A stretch of DNA of 64,000 nucleotides. Source: Mobula birostris. Its lineage: Eukaryota. The notes beneath the pieces are model-generated. The model had not been told where the DNA came from, searched no databases, and was given only the letters and a program-made list of their open reading frames with translations. Both the position numbers and the translations under genes were made by a program. The stretch is from NCBI RefSeq assembly GCF_030028105.1, contig NC_092370.1, forward strand, positions 35,660,643 through 35,724,642, given 5' to 3'. This document shows, one piece after another, positions 1-12,593 of this stretch (position 1 is its first letter; each line of letters opens with the position of its first letter).

Positions 1-586
1 GAAAAATGATGCTAAGAGGTATATAGACAAACGAATAAAGAATCAAGTAGCCAAGATGGTGCCTCTGGCGGGGTGGGGGGGGGGGAATCCCTCCTTTGTA
101 GATAAAGTAAAGACAATTCTTTAAATAATAATTAGTTAATAGACTGCATAATTAAACCAGTTACATCATATGGGTAATGTGCTAATACTTAGCCAATGAG
201 AAGGGTGATAAGCTGTTAGTTTAGCTGCTATACCGCTTTTTGCCAGTGAGTGTGAAAAATATGCAAGTTGCTTAAAAAGTACAGATCTTATATAAAGAAA
301 AGTAGCATTTAAAAAAGTGGTTTCCAACACTTCCTATAATCGTCAAATCCTGAGACCAACTTTAGTTCAATAAGGACTGGGCGAGCATGCTGAAGCAGGT
401 CTGCCTCAAAACTGAATTGCTATCTTGGTGATACCATAAGACTGAAGTCTATGTATTTGCTACCATATTAGCAAGTGTGCGAATGGATAATTCATCTCGA
501 TCTACCTGGACTCTCCTCCTTATTGAAGACATCTTCGACTAATCTGATTCCATTGGCTTTGTATCAGGAATTGGGTATTGACAACA
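1..586 (+). mobile_element. Possible 3' part of an LTR (retroviral/LTR-retrotransposon)
   Basis: CCAAT (~193), TATATAAA (~289) and a ...TTGACAACA terminus at 586. The left end lies outside the window, so no TSD can be checked. Confidence 0.25.
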
Positions 587-760
587 CTGCATGGGCTAAT
601 GAGTTAAAATAGAGAGGTGGAGTCTTTGTTTCACAGCAGCATAGAATGCAGCATACAATATGAATGTTTGCAGAAAAGAATGTGTTTAATGACTAGAGTT
701 AATACAAAATACAGCACCTTTGGCAATAACTATAGGGTTATTTCTCTCGGAAAATGTACT

Positions 761-850
761 GAATCAGAATCACGTTTAATATCACCGGCATATGTCATGA
801 AACCTGTTGACTTTGTGGCAGCGGTGCCATGCAGGGTACCTATAAAAGAA
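761..850 (-). mobile_element. Rex1/Babar-like LINE 3' tail fragment
   Basis: GAATCAGAATC...TTTAATATCAC is the reverse complement of a polyA-signal-like motif plus (ATTCTG)n tail. Confidence 0.5.
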
Positions 851-2278
851 AAGCATAAAATCAACCAGTCACTTGAGTCTGTGATCATCATGCCTGATTG
901 ACAGGAGAAGATGATTGTTAACCCAACCTGGCTGCCTTATCTACATTGTAACTGAAATGCTGTCAACCTTTTTGAGCAGTATGTATTCACCCATAGCCTG
1001 CTGAAAGGTAGTAATTTTGGATTTTGTCAGGAACACTTTGCCTTGAAATTATTCCAATCTCTGTCCAGGTAGGGCTGAAAGGTGGAGTCTGCAGAAGCAA
1101 ATGATTACCTTTGACATTAAAGTGGCATTTGTGATCTCAAGAAAACTTTGTAGCATTGAAATCTGTGGGAATGCAAGAGAAAGCTGGACATCCGACAGTG
1201 ACTATGGTTATTACAGACCAAACCCCTCGGTGCTAGGAAATAGCAGCAAAGGTTCCTCAGGGTAGTTTCCCGCACCCAGCCATCTTCAGCTGCTTTGACT
1301 ATAACCTTCTCCAAAGTGTTGTTCTGGTTTCATCTCCATCCCTTGCGATAAGGAAGCAGTCTTCGCTCACTGCAGTAAAGCTGTATATGCTGCTGCGAAC
1401 AATGTTCCTCTCCACTCCACAAAGCTTTTAAACCAGTTACGAGGCACGCGTGAGGATTGCGATGACATTCTCTCTGCAGGGTTATTTCTGTAGGAAGATG
1501 CACTGGTTAGATGAGAGCTCCAACTGCATACAGACTGTTACGATTTGGCAGTTTCTTGATGGGAATGCCATCTTCAGTAGGACTCCTAAAGCTGCTAGAC
1601 CAGTAACTGTGCGTACACGAGAATGGCAATTTCTCCAAACTCAACCCAAGTTAACATGGAAATACAGTATAATGTTGCTGGATCAAAATGCTAGTACTTC
1701 TGCTTTGTAGATTACAGTGGTTCATCGAATTGCTTTATCAATTTTATACCTTTATCAAGAGCAGTAAATGCTGTTCTTTTCAGCAATTGTTTTTTTAAAA
1801 GAAAGATTGCAGCTGGTAAGTGTAAAAAATTATACATCTGAAGTTTTCACATGGTGGAAATGAACGGATGAACTGGTATTTAGTGCAAATATTTTTGGGG
1901 AGTGTTGCTGGTGTGCTTTTATACATGTAGAACATCCGTTGTGTTCTTAGGTTGTCAAACAAGTATTGCAAGTTCGGTGCCTTGCGCAACATGCTGGCAG
2001 TTGACAACTGCTTTAAAATCAACAAGCTTTTAATGCAAATATCTGAACCCAGTTGTGCTTTTGGAATATGTGGCTTTGTTCTGAAAGTATTTGAAAACAA
2101 GTAAGCTGTTCTTTTTCCCCCTGCCCTCTGTTGTTTCCAACTATAACCGTGCACCATTTGTAAGTGGTAAGACAGTGGCCTTGATTCCAAGCTGTTACCG
2201 TTGGATCTGCTGGGACTGCGAGGAGCTTTGCATTGGAGTTGCAGAAGGTTAGTTTAACAAGTCAAAAAATGTCTACTA

Positions 2279-2617
2279 CAGGTTGAGTACCTTTTATCTG
2301 AAAATCTCCAAAGTCCAAATTCTTTTGAGCACTGGCATGATGTTACAAACGGAAAATTCCTCAAGGCGCTGGCAAGGTTCCCAGGTGGTGCATAGGTCTT
2401 GGTGCACCACAGACAGTTCTGAGAAGTGGTGTATGTGTAATGAACAGAATTTAATGAACTAAGTAAATAAAAAGTAAGACAAATACTGCTTACCAGTAGC
2501 ACATAAATTCAGAGTCGGAAATGATAGCGATCCCAAGCTACCTCATTATATGTTCCAAAATCTGAAATCTAAAACACTTCCAGCCCCAAGCATTTCAGAT
2601 AAGGGGTACTCAACCTG
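2279..2617. mobile_element. Tigger/pogo-type MITE (Tigger4/Zombi-like)
   Basis: TIRs CAGGTTGAGTACCTTTTATCTGAAA ... TTTCAGATAAGGGGTACTCAACCTG, with TA on the left. Same ends as the element at 46814-47667. Confidence 0.85.
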
Positions 2618-2954
2618 TGATATATTGCAAGTTTTTTTCCCTTATAAAATCAGCTTTATCTTTCCCCTGCAATTAAATAAGTAATCTGTCAAGAGTCCAA
2701 ACATGAAAGGACGAATCGTGTAATCTAATTATTTCTGTGGATCCTTTACATGGTGTAAGTGTCCAAAATGTGAAAATATTACCGAACCAAACTACAGCTG
2801 GCCAAAATCCAGTGACTGTGTGTGTGTGTGTGTTTGTTCTTTTTTGCAGTATAAAGGTTAAAGCATTTGTAAGTGCAGTGTAAACTTAAATAGACTTCAG
2901 AATTTAAAGACTATCATACGTTTATTTGGAATGCATTAATGTTAGTTTGATTTG

Positions 2955-3230
2955 GTATGCTTGCTTTTGAGTCAGAAGATCATGAGTTCAGTCCATACTT
3001 AGCAGTTATCAGCGGTACTGTTGTGTGGAGCAAATGTTAATGCTAAGCTTGTGTTTGCTTACTCAGATTGACATAATAAATCCAATTGCACTATTTAGGG
3101 GGAAAAAAAGACAGTGCAGCTTTCAAGGTCCTTGCTCTTATCCCTTGAGTAACACAACCAAAATGCTTTAATTGTTCATTTATCCAAATCCATTTTGTTG
3201 TATTATTTTATTTGCAAATTGACAGCAAAT
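2955..3230 (+). mobile_element. Old Deu-domain SINE remnant
   Basis: Degenerate similarity (GAGTCAGAAG...ATCC..GCACTATTT...CAAATTGACAGC) to the better-preserved copy at 22620-22910. Confidence 0.4.
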
Positions 3231-3674
3231 ATTTTGACATTGTTAGCTAGATGAATGTTTATTGCCTATTTAGACATGTCTTGGAGCTGATTGGCCTAGT
3301 TATTTGAGGGCATTTAAGAGTAAATGTCAATACCACTGGCAGCACTGTAGGCATAAAAGAGATTATGTGGACAACCTGTTTTCTTCTGCGAAGGACATTA
3401 CTGAAGCAAACAGAAATATGACAACATGTGGTTGCTATTATTGGTTTCTTTCTGCAGATTCTCTGAAATTCCTTTGCTGCTATTGTGATATTGACATTTT
3501 TGGTGTCTCTGGAATAATCATTTTACTAGCCACATCCTTGGTTTAGCTGTATGAAAACAGCAAATGCATTTAAAAAATCTGCTGGGATGATCTGAGTATG
3601 TAACAAATGTCTTATCATTTTCGGTTATATATTTTATACATGGTTTCAGAATACATAGATCCAAATGAAGTATT

Positions 3675-3935
3675 GGAGTTAGTGTAGTGGTTGGCACAAT
3701 GCTTTACATTGCAGCGGCGGGAATTGAACCTGGGTCGTCAGTTAAGCAGTTTGTGTGTTCTCCCTGTTACAGCATGGGCTTTTTCTGAGTGCTTAGGTTT
3801 CCTCCCACAGTTCAAAGACCACCGGTTGGCAGGTTAATTGCTTATTGTAAACTGGCCGGTGATTAAGCACGGATTAAAATTGGGGAATTGCCAGGCGGTG
3901 TGGCTTGAAGGGCAGAATAGGCCCTGTATCTCGAT
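3675..3935 (+). mobile_element. V-domain SINE (HE1-like) with CR1-type tail
   Basis: tRNA-like head (GTGTAGTGG), V-domain TTTGTGTGTTCTCCC...GGTTTCCTCCCACAGTTCAAAGAC...GGTTAATTG, tail GAAGGGCAGAATAGGCCCTGTA. Confidence 0.75.
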
Positions 3936-3941
3936 AAATAT

Positions 3942-4036
3942 TTGAAGAAGGGTCTTGGCCCAAAACATTGACTGTTTATTCATTTCCATAGATAATCTCT
4001 GGCCTGAGTTCCTCCAGCATTTTGTGTCTGTTGCTG
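3942..4036 (+). mobile_element. Penelope terminal-repeat fragment with degenerate hammerhead
   Basis: TGAAGAAGGGTCTTGGCCCAAAACATTGACT...CTGAGTTCCTCCAGCATTTTGTG matches the Penelope ends at 13079 and 57124. Confidence 0.65.
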
Positions 4037-4329
4037 CTAGATTATTTAGATCACTCTTAAACTCAATGTACATAATTGCAACATTAATGTTAGGAGGTTT
4101 CACTTCACCAATTATATGCACTCCAATTATATTACTATTGGTCTGAAATTAGTCAGGACCTGACCACCTGCTCAGAGGAAACTTCTCAGAAGTGGTCTCA
4201 TTTTTGCTTTGCCTTAGTTTGAGCTTTGCCATCTGAGGCAGGGCAATTTCTGTTGACACTGGAGACATGGCCATTTTTCATACCTGGTTTCATATGGCTT
4301 GGGAAACGTTTAATGTTTAGAGTTTCTGA

Positions 4330-5450
4330 GGCGCCACGTCTGGAAAATGAAACTGGATGTGTTTCATTCATATTTGTTTTTGTGGGGATTCGGAGAACAA
4401 GTGTTTATTATCGAATAGATTTCGTTAGATCATAGATTTTTTTGGTAATATAACTGAGTATACGGCTTTAATTAAAAGGGCATTTTCTACGCAGTTTATT
4501 GTATGTGAAAGATATTTTTGCTGATGACGGTGTAGTTCATATTGAATTGTGCTGAAAAGACGTAAAATCCTCGCGCTTTTGTGTAGCTGGCTTTCTTTTC
4601 CGAGTACGTTTGTTTCAGTTCACCTAACTATCCTACAGAAGTTGCGATATTGGCTGGCAACACAGTGGGGGAAGATCTGTAGAAACCTTATCAGAGGACT
4701 TGCTCCCCTTTATGCATGTTGTGGTTATATTTCTAACCGCGCAACAATAGCTTTCGGTTTTGGTCTGAATTATGCAAACTGAAACAAACACACACACACA
4801 CTCTCTCTCTCTCTCTCTCTCGATGGCCGCGCGGCTGATGTTAACTGGTTGATAGTTGAGGCAGTTTTTGATTGTACAGTGTGCGCTCTACAGCCACGGA
4901 CCAGCCACCATCCCACGTCCTGCCGGAGACATTCATCGTGATGGATCTCTTATTTCGCAGCCTCTCCGTCAAGCAGGGTCAGAAGGTTAGAGGTTGACTC
5001 GTGTGTAATTGAGGCAAATGACGATTTCGCGTTAATTGTACATTGTCTGAATTTGCAGGTGGAATATTAGCAGGGCTGCGAGCTGACTACGCTGTAAGTT
5101 CCCACCGCCTCAATCCCACTGCTCCAGCCAATTCCTCTCCAAATGTTTCTCAGTCACATGACTGTGATGTGATTATTATGTTATGCCGAGCTACTGATCA
5201 TATGCTTGTAGAAAGCTACACCGCCAGGGGTAGGAATCATTCAGCTGCGTAGCAGGGAATAAATGCTTGCCCTCATTTAAATTCCAACTATTCCATCTGC
5301 GACTCAAATAATACTAAGTGCGCAACCCGGTTGTTAATTCATAGCAGTCTAAATCGTAGCCCAGAAACGGTATAATTATGTTGATTCCGTTCTTTATGAT
5401 CTCTCAAATTAAGGGCAGCGGTGACGCTCTTTTGGCTCAGAAAGTGTTAC
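4330..5450. promoter_or_regulatory. CpG-retaining unique region (candidate unmethylated enhancer/promoter/conserved non-coding element)
   Basis: About 44 CpGs counted by eye in 4381-5460, against strong CpG depletion in other unique tracts. No recognisable repeat. Confidence 0.5.
4787..4821. repeat. Compound microsatellite (CA)n(CT)n
   Basis: Directly visible. Confidence 0.95.
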
Positions 5451-8199
5451 AAGCATAATGGTAATGAAGCCATCTTCATTGCCACCTTCCCCCCTCTCCC
5501 CCAAATAATTTTTAAAATTTTGATTTCCTATTCTTTCATGCCCAGTTGAAAGATATCCTGTTGGTAGAAGGTTTAGTGTTGAAAATCTTAACATGAACGG
5601 TGTAAAGCAAAACAGTACCATGGAATGCTTTCATAGTGACAGTATATTTGAAAATATATGGAATTGCAGGTAAATTGGAGAGTGCATCATCAGCTCTAAA
5701 CGTCTCCACATCGATGGAATTTCTTACGCTGCAGGAAAAAGAATCAACACTTATTTTCAAAGCATGTTGCTGATTAAATTTGATTTAGATTTTTTTTAAT
5801 GTTGCATGCTAAATGCTCCTTTAAGTTTAGAACAAAAAAAGTTTGCAGTGATTTTAAAAATTCAAGCTACAGTTTTAAAGTTGATATCTTGAAAGATCAA
5901 AACGTCTAAATAGAATATTCCCCAAAATAAATATAAAGCTATTGGCAAAGTTTAACAATTAGTGGTTCCATCAATTGTGAGCGTTTCTGTGTTAGCCATA
6001 TTGTGTACAGAACCTTTTTATTTGCTTTACATGTACATGCTCATGCTCTCGCACTCGCCCTCGCCTGGAACACTTCGTCAAATCACTTAGCGTCATTGGA
6101 TTTTTTTTATAGTGTGCATTCATGCATGGTGAATACTTTTATCAGTTTTTGACTTGCTTTCCTAGTTTTTATGTGTTCAAACATTTCACAACTTCATGTT
6201 CCAAAGCACCATACAACACAAAGTACTTTTTTCAAAATGTTCTTTCTGGCGATGTTGGAAATATGACTGCCTATATTCACACAAGATCCTCATCTATTTA
6301 TGAGGCCACATGTAATGATAGAGTACTATCATTATCCAGCATGCAGGTAACTGAGAATTACACAATTAACCCAGGTGACTATATTGCCTGATGCGCTGGA
6401 ACTAGTTTTAGGGTCATGATTTATATGCAACTATCCTCCACACCATGTTTAAAACGCTGAGATTAGTTGAGTTTTACTGTGGAAATTTTTCTGTTGCTGT
6501 TTCCTCTACTTTTAGATTTTCTTTGAGCAAATGGCATTTGTCTAGTCGACTCCCCACACCTTCACCAACATGTTGATTAAGAGCAAAATCAATTTCTTTT
6601 TCTGGATGATAGATAAGTATTGACCGCAATACTCTGGCTTTTTGAAAGATGCCCCTGGAACCTTTACGACCACCTATGAGGGATAAAGAGCCATCAAAGT
6701 TTCTTCCACCTGATGGTTCTATCAGCAATGCAGTTTCTCTCTGGTACTGCATTGAAATAATAGTCTGGTTTATGAGATCCTCTTTGTGGGCTATGGTTAA
6801 ATCTATTGTCTTTGAATCTGAAGGTGAAATTCGTAGGTGCCATAAGTTGAATCTGGGTTATGCCAAAAAGAACGTTTTCTAGCTTTGCCCATCACTATTG
6901 ACCTGTGTTTTATTATCCATTTTCTTTTGAACTTGACACCCTGTAAACAATGATATTTTAAGGTGATTTTTAAAAAATATATATTGTCAAGTTTTCACCG
7001 CCATCTGCTCTGTTCCTGATTTTTTTTTTGATATGCTTGTATGTGCAAGCTCAAAAATGGAGTAATTTAAAATTGTCCGCAGCTCTTAAGTTTGTCATCT
7101 TGTAGATAACAGCTTTTCAATGTTCACTTTTGTACTTTTTTTTAAAAAAAATGTGACCAGTTGTGTTCCTTCACCATTCTATCAGGCAGTCTTTTCTAGA
7201 CATCCATCATCCTTTTGGAATGAAGAATTTTTTTTCCTCAACTTTCTCTTAGCCTTTATCCAACTAATTTAAATCCACATCCCCGCATTATTGATTTCGT
7301 CTAAGGGATAGAGTCCTTTCCATCCCCCTCTCTAGATATCAAGTAATTTTGTACACCTTAAATCTCAACTCAGTCTTTGTTGCAAAAAAAAATTGATCAG
7401 TTTAGTTAGTCCCAACTTGTAACTATAACTTCACAAACCAGGGGATATCCTTTACAAATCTCCTCTGCATGCTCTGGTATTTTTATGTTCCTCTTGTGAT
7501 GTGGTTATCAAAATTGTAATCAAAGGTCTTGCTGTGACTTAAGTAGTGCTTTATATAGGTCTTGACGGAAAGCAAAATTCATTTAAGTCCTTCAATCATT
7601 GAAGTCTTTCCTTCCATTTTTCCTATAAGTACTTGACCTGCTCCCTTCAGGCTTCCCTGGGCATGTGGTCCAAGATGCTTCTGTTCTTCTCCACTTAATA
7701 TCCTTTTATTTACCAGGAAGTCCCTCCCCTGCCTTCTTTGCCCTCCCGAATTGCAAAACCACACAGTTCTCTGGGTTGAGCAATGTTCTATCTCACCAAG
7801 TTCCTCAAAATACATACTTACCAAGGGATTCTTCCCTTGCCTGACAAATGCAGTTTGACACTTTTCCTGGGGAAATGTGCTAATTATGAAGAAAAGAAGA
7901 ACTTGTGCTTTTATAGGTCATTCAACGTCCTTTAGGATGATTTTTGAAGTATAATCATAGTATTTCATAGGCCAGATTTTTTCCTCATAACGCAAAGGTG
8001 CATGATGTTAATTTGTTTTGATGATTTTGTCTCTTTCTCTTCTACTAAACAAAGTGCTTTTAAATTTTTCTTACACTTTATCTCCCCCCCCCCCCACCGA
8101 ATAAGCAGATAGGATTTCATTTTATTGGAAACTGGAAAAGTTGTTTATCTGATCTTGTTGTCAGCGTTAAACCCTGAGGGCATAGCTTGCATAGATCGA

Positions 8200-8400
8200 A
8201 GATAAGACTTGAACCCTCAAGATTGCTCTCAGGTATGTTGGAACAGTGCAAGACCATCGACAGAGGGGTCAGAGTGGGAGCAAGATGGAGAATTAAAGTG
8301 ACAGACAGTTGAAAGCTCAGTTACCTTTGCAGATTGAACGTGGTATTCTACAAAGTAGTCGCTCAATCTCCCTTTGTTTCTTCAGTGCGGTTGAGACCAG
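8200..8400 (-). mobile_element. Old Penelope GIY-YIG fragment
   Basis: Reverse strand resembles the 'ET.RRL.DRF.EH...HFNS..HSHSD.S..GL' coding DNA of the younger copies. Confidence 0.5.
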
Positions 8401-9120
8401 ATCACTAAACCCTGAAGACCCTGTCATTTTTGGTCCCTGAGGCTATCATGGGAACATCCTTCAGGAGGATGAACCCATTGTGGACATCCGGCCTAGGCAG
8501 GGTACCTGTTCAAGTACTAAAGACCAGTGCTGATCATCTGGCTGGAGTACTCACCGATACCTTTATCTATAACCTCTCGCTTCAGCAGTGTGAGGTACCC
8601 AGCTGCTTCAAGCATTCTTCACTGATGCCTAAGAAGAATGTGATAACTTACCTCAATGACTAACATTGTGATGAAGTGCATTGAGAGGTTGGTGATGAAA
8701 CATATCAAACTCCTGCCTGAGAACCGACCTGGATCTGCTTCAATTTGCCTACCCTCACAACAGGTCAATAGCAAATGCCATTTCATTGGCTCGTCACTCA
8801 ATCCTGGAACATCTCGACAGCTAACATAGACACATCAAGATGCTCTTCATTGACTGCAGCTCAGCATTCAATACCATCATCCCCTAAAAACCTATCAATG
8901 AGCTTCAAGTCCTAGGCGTCAATACCTGATTGTGCAACTGAATCCTGGATTTCCCGACTTGCAGACCCCAGTCAGTTCAGAATGACAGAATCACCTCCAC
9001 AATCTCCCTCAGCATAGGTGCACCACAAGGCTGTGTGCTTGACCCCCTGCTCTACTCATTTTATACTTAAGATTGTGAGTCTAAGCACAGCTCCAATGCC
9101 ATATTTAAGTTTGCCAGTGA
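8400..9120 (+). mobile_element. Rex1/Babar-like LINE RT fragment (decayed)
   Basis: Translated VLKTSADHLAGVLTD..NLSLQQCEVPSCFK, then G.PQGCVL.P.LY and KFA at the end; frameshifts. Confidence 0.85.
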
Positions 9121-9479
9121 CAGTTTTGCCAATTTTATTTTCATGAATTGGCATTTGGACGTAGATAGGAGGTGCTTTCAATGAATTACTGGAGACCCTG
9201 AAATGTGGCTTAATGGCAAAGCTTCGCACCAAATAGAAAATGTTGATTTTCTCTTTTTCCCCATCCATCCCCTCACCCCCAGGCCAGAATGATAAGAGAT
9301 CAAGTTAGGATTTTTAAACAAGTGACCAGAAAAGAGTTTTTGTTTTAAATTCTATTGATAATCAGTGTAATTCACTTGAAAAATAATTGCATTTTCTAAA
9401 TGACTTTAAATATTTCATAGATGCTGAGACATTTGTAAGTTTGGTAAGGGAGTACAACAGTCTCTTGTGACCAAGTTTG

Positions 9480-9870
9480 AAAGGCAGTTGCTGACTTGGA
9501 AGTTTGGTTGATGCTGAGCTCAGCAAAATGTTTGCAGACGTTTCGGCTCCAATCGAGAAACCATCATCAGTGCACAGTTGAGGGTCTTGTCTCAGAATGC
9601 CGGCTTGTATACTCCTGTGAGGTCCGAATGGGTATTGATTAGACGTCGTGATCTGGTTGGCTGGTTCAAAACACTGAACAATTTAGTAGTAGAAGATTCT
9701 GATTGGCGAGCTTAGAGGAAAATCCACTGGGAGTGTTTGCTGTCCAGTTTTTGAGATTATTGATGTTGTTTCTCTTTTCTCTGTAAGGGTTCATATTCTG
9801 GATCTGTGTCAATTATGTTTGTTGATGCAACCTTCTGTAGAGAACCGTGGTTAGAGGAATTGACCTCCCT
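9480..9870 (-). mobile_element. Penelope/Poseidon-like element 3' end (GIY-YIG C-terminus + terminal repeat)
   Basis: Minus strand 9781-9865 translates to FL*..FSTEGCINKH/DTDPEYEPLQ, resembling PLE endonuclease C-termini. It is followed by a hammerhead at 9533-9574. Confidence 0.65.
9533..9574 (-). ncRNA. Minimal type-I hammerhead ribozyme motif (intact core)
   Basis: Minus strand: TGCA-CTGATGA-T-GGTTTC-TCGATT-GGAGCC-GAAA-CGTC-TGCA (stem I, core, stem II, GAAA, palindromic stem III, GUC site). Confidence 0.8.
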
Positions 9871-10525
9871 CAAAGCTAACCAACTAGACCACGGAGTTTA
9901 ATCACTATCCATTCGGATGCCACAGGAGTATAGAAGCCGGCACTGGGACCTTTACTGTGATATGGGAGGACTGAGGAACCCCAAATGTAATCCAAAAGAT
10001 GGCACCTCGGGTATGGCACTCCCTGTGTAGTGCAGTGGCGGGTCAGGTGCTGTAATAGTTGAAGTAGGTGCAAACAAATATCGAACTCTACCGGAATGCT
10101 AAGGCTGACACCTTGAAGGCACAGTTGCGATTGAATTGGGAACTCAGTTGTGTTTGCATCTAATTTGCCTTTTTAATGTCCATCTCATCGACGACTACTA
10201 TGGTTTTTATCATCTTTCTTTGTTTTGAGGGTTCTTCGTCTGTTCCAGAGTGAGCACAGCAGAGGACTATCTGGATGTAACAGATTTCTTTGCATCGTGC
10301 TCCGTGAGCCATTTAGTTTATGGACACTTTGGCGCCAGATGGAAACCACCGCATGCTGGCATGGCTATTAATCATTTACTTACTTCATCTTTGTTCTTTC
10401 TGTTTGCTGCCTTTTCATTTATTCTTTATGGCATTTTTCACATTCTCCCTTCAATTTATGCTTGTACACGTTACCTACTTCAAACCATATTACTTCACCA
10501 CCCTCCTCTCTGCCCCTTACCTTTC

Positions 10526-10775
10526 CTCTGGTCCCCGCCTCCTTTTTTCTCTTCTAGTCCCCGCCTCATTTTTTCTCCTCCCCTGGTCCCCCTCCATTTT
10601 TTAAAAAAAAATCCTCTGGTTTTTTTCCCTCCCCTGGTCCCCGCCTCATTTTGGGGGAAAAAAACCTCCCTCTGGTCCCCGTCCCCTTAAAATAAACTCC
10701 CTGTGGCCCCGCCTCTTTTTTAAAAACCCTCTGGTCCCTGCCTTCCTTTTTTTCACTCCCTCTGGTCCTTGCCTT
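10526..10775. repeat. Imperfect tandem repeat, ~9 x CTCTGGTCCCCGCCTC + T/A spacer
   Basis: Unit visible at about 10526, 10552, 10580, 10613, 10631, 10669, 10699, 10728 and 10760. Confidence 0.85.
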
Positions 10776-12593
10776 GTTTTTGCTTAATACATGTGCACTC
10801 TTATCCTTTTCATGTGATTATTGACTCATTTTACAAATACTCCCTATTTTGATTTCTGGTATCAGTTATCACCGGCCGCTTTTTCCAGAAATAATGCTCT
10901 GATGCTTTTTCTCCCTTCCTCCTCCTGCAACTCAGTTTGGAATTATAATTTGCAATTTGATTTATCCTTTATTTTTCTTGTAACATTATCTGACGAATGG
11001 GACACGAGGAAATCTGCAGATGCTGGAAATTCAAGCAACACACACAAAATCCTGGTGCACATAGCAGGCCAGGCGGCATCTATAGGAAGAGGTACAGTCA
11101 ACGTTTTGGGCCAGGACCCTTTGTCAGGACTAACTGAAGGAAGAGCTAGTAAGAGATTTGAAAGTGGGAAGGGGAGATCCGAAATGATAGAAGACAGATC
11201 CACCCCTCCCCTCCTAAGAGCTGGAAAGTTGATTGGCTAAAGGGATACCAGGCTGGAGAAAGGGGAGGATCATGGGACGGGAAGCCTGGGGAGAAAGAGA
11301 AGGGGGGCGGGGAGCCCGGCTGGTGGAGAGTAGGCAAGGAGTTATAGTGAGAGAGACAAAGGGAGAAAAATGAGAGAGAGAAACAAAGGGGGAAAAATAA
11401 AAAATATATAAAATAAATAAGGGATGGGGTGTGAAGGGGAGGAGGGGCATTAACAGAAGTTAGGGAAGTCAATGTTCATGCCATTAGGTTGGAGGCTACC
11501 CAGATGAAATATAAGGTGTTGTTCCTCCAACCTGAGTGTGACTTCATCTTGACAGTAGAGGAGACCATGGATAGACATATCAGAATGGGAATGGGACATG
11601 GAATTAAAATGTATGACCACTGGGAGATCTTGCTTTCTCTGGCGGACAGAGTGTAGGTGTTCAGCGAAACAGTCTCCCAGCCTGCGTCGGGTCTCGCCAA
11701 TATATAGAAGGCCGCATCGGGAGTACTGGATGCAGTATATCACCCCAGCCAACTCACAGGTGAAGTGTCACCTCACCTGGAAGGACTGTCTGGGGCCCTG
11801 AATGGTGGTGAGGGAGGAAGTGTAAGGGCATGTGTAGCACTTGTTCCGCTTACAAGGATAAGTGCCAGGAGGGAGATTGGTGGGGAGGAATGGGGGGACG
11901 AATGGACAAGGGAGTTGCGTAGGGAGCGATCCCTGTGGAAAGCAGAGAGAGGGAGGGAGGGAAAGATGTTTTTGGTGGTGGGATCCCGTTGGGGGTGGTG
12001 GAGGTTATGGAGAATTATATGTTGGACCCGGAGGCTGGTGGAGTGGTAGGTGAGGACAAGGGGAACCCTATTCCTAGTGGGGTGGCGGGAGGATGGGGTG
12101 AGAGCAGATGTGCATGAAATGGGAGAGATGTGCTTGAGAGCAAAGTTGATGGTGGAGGAAGGGAAACCTCTTTCTTTAAAAAAGGAAGACACCTCCTTCA
12201 TCCTGGAATGAAAAGCCTCATCCTGAGGGCAGATGCGGAGGAGACGGAGGAATTGCGAGAAGGAGATGGCATTTTTGCAAGAGACAGGGTGGGAAGAGGA
12301 ATGGTCCAAGTAGCTGTGAGTCTGTAGGCTTCTAGTAGACATCAGTATATAATCTGTCTCCAGAGATAGAGACAGAAAGATCAAGAAAGGGGAGGGAAGT
12401 GTAGGAAATGGACCAGGTAAACCTGAGGACAGGGTGAAAGTTGGAGGCAAAGTTAATGAAGTCAACGAGCTCAATGTGTGCAGGAAGCAGTGCCAATGCA
12501 GTCATCGATGTAGCGAAGGAAAAGAGGGGGACAAATACCAGTATAGACTTGGAATATGGATTGTTCCACAAAGCCAACGAAAAAGCAGGCATA

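Noticed and set aside
3680-3740. tRNA-like sequence
   Set aside because: It is the head of a V-SINE; no cloverleaf.
10250-10690. 146-aa hydrophobic ORF resembling a membrane protein
   Set aside because: Produced by T-rich sequence and the tandem repeat; no domain or splice context.
10526-10775. Repeat-spacer pattern superficially like a CRISPR array
   Set aside because: Degenerate units, homopolymer spacers, vertebrate context and no cas genes.
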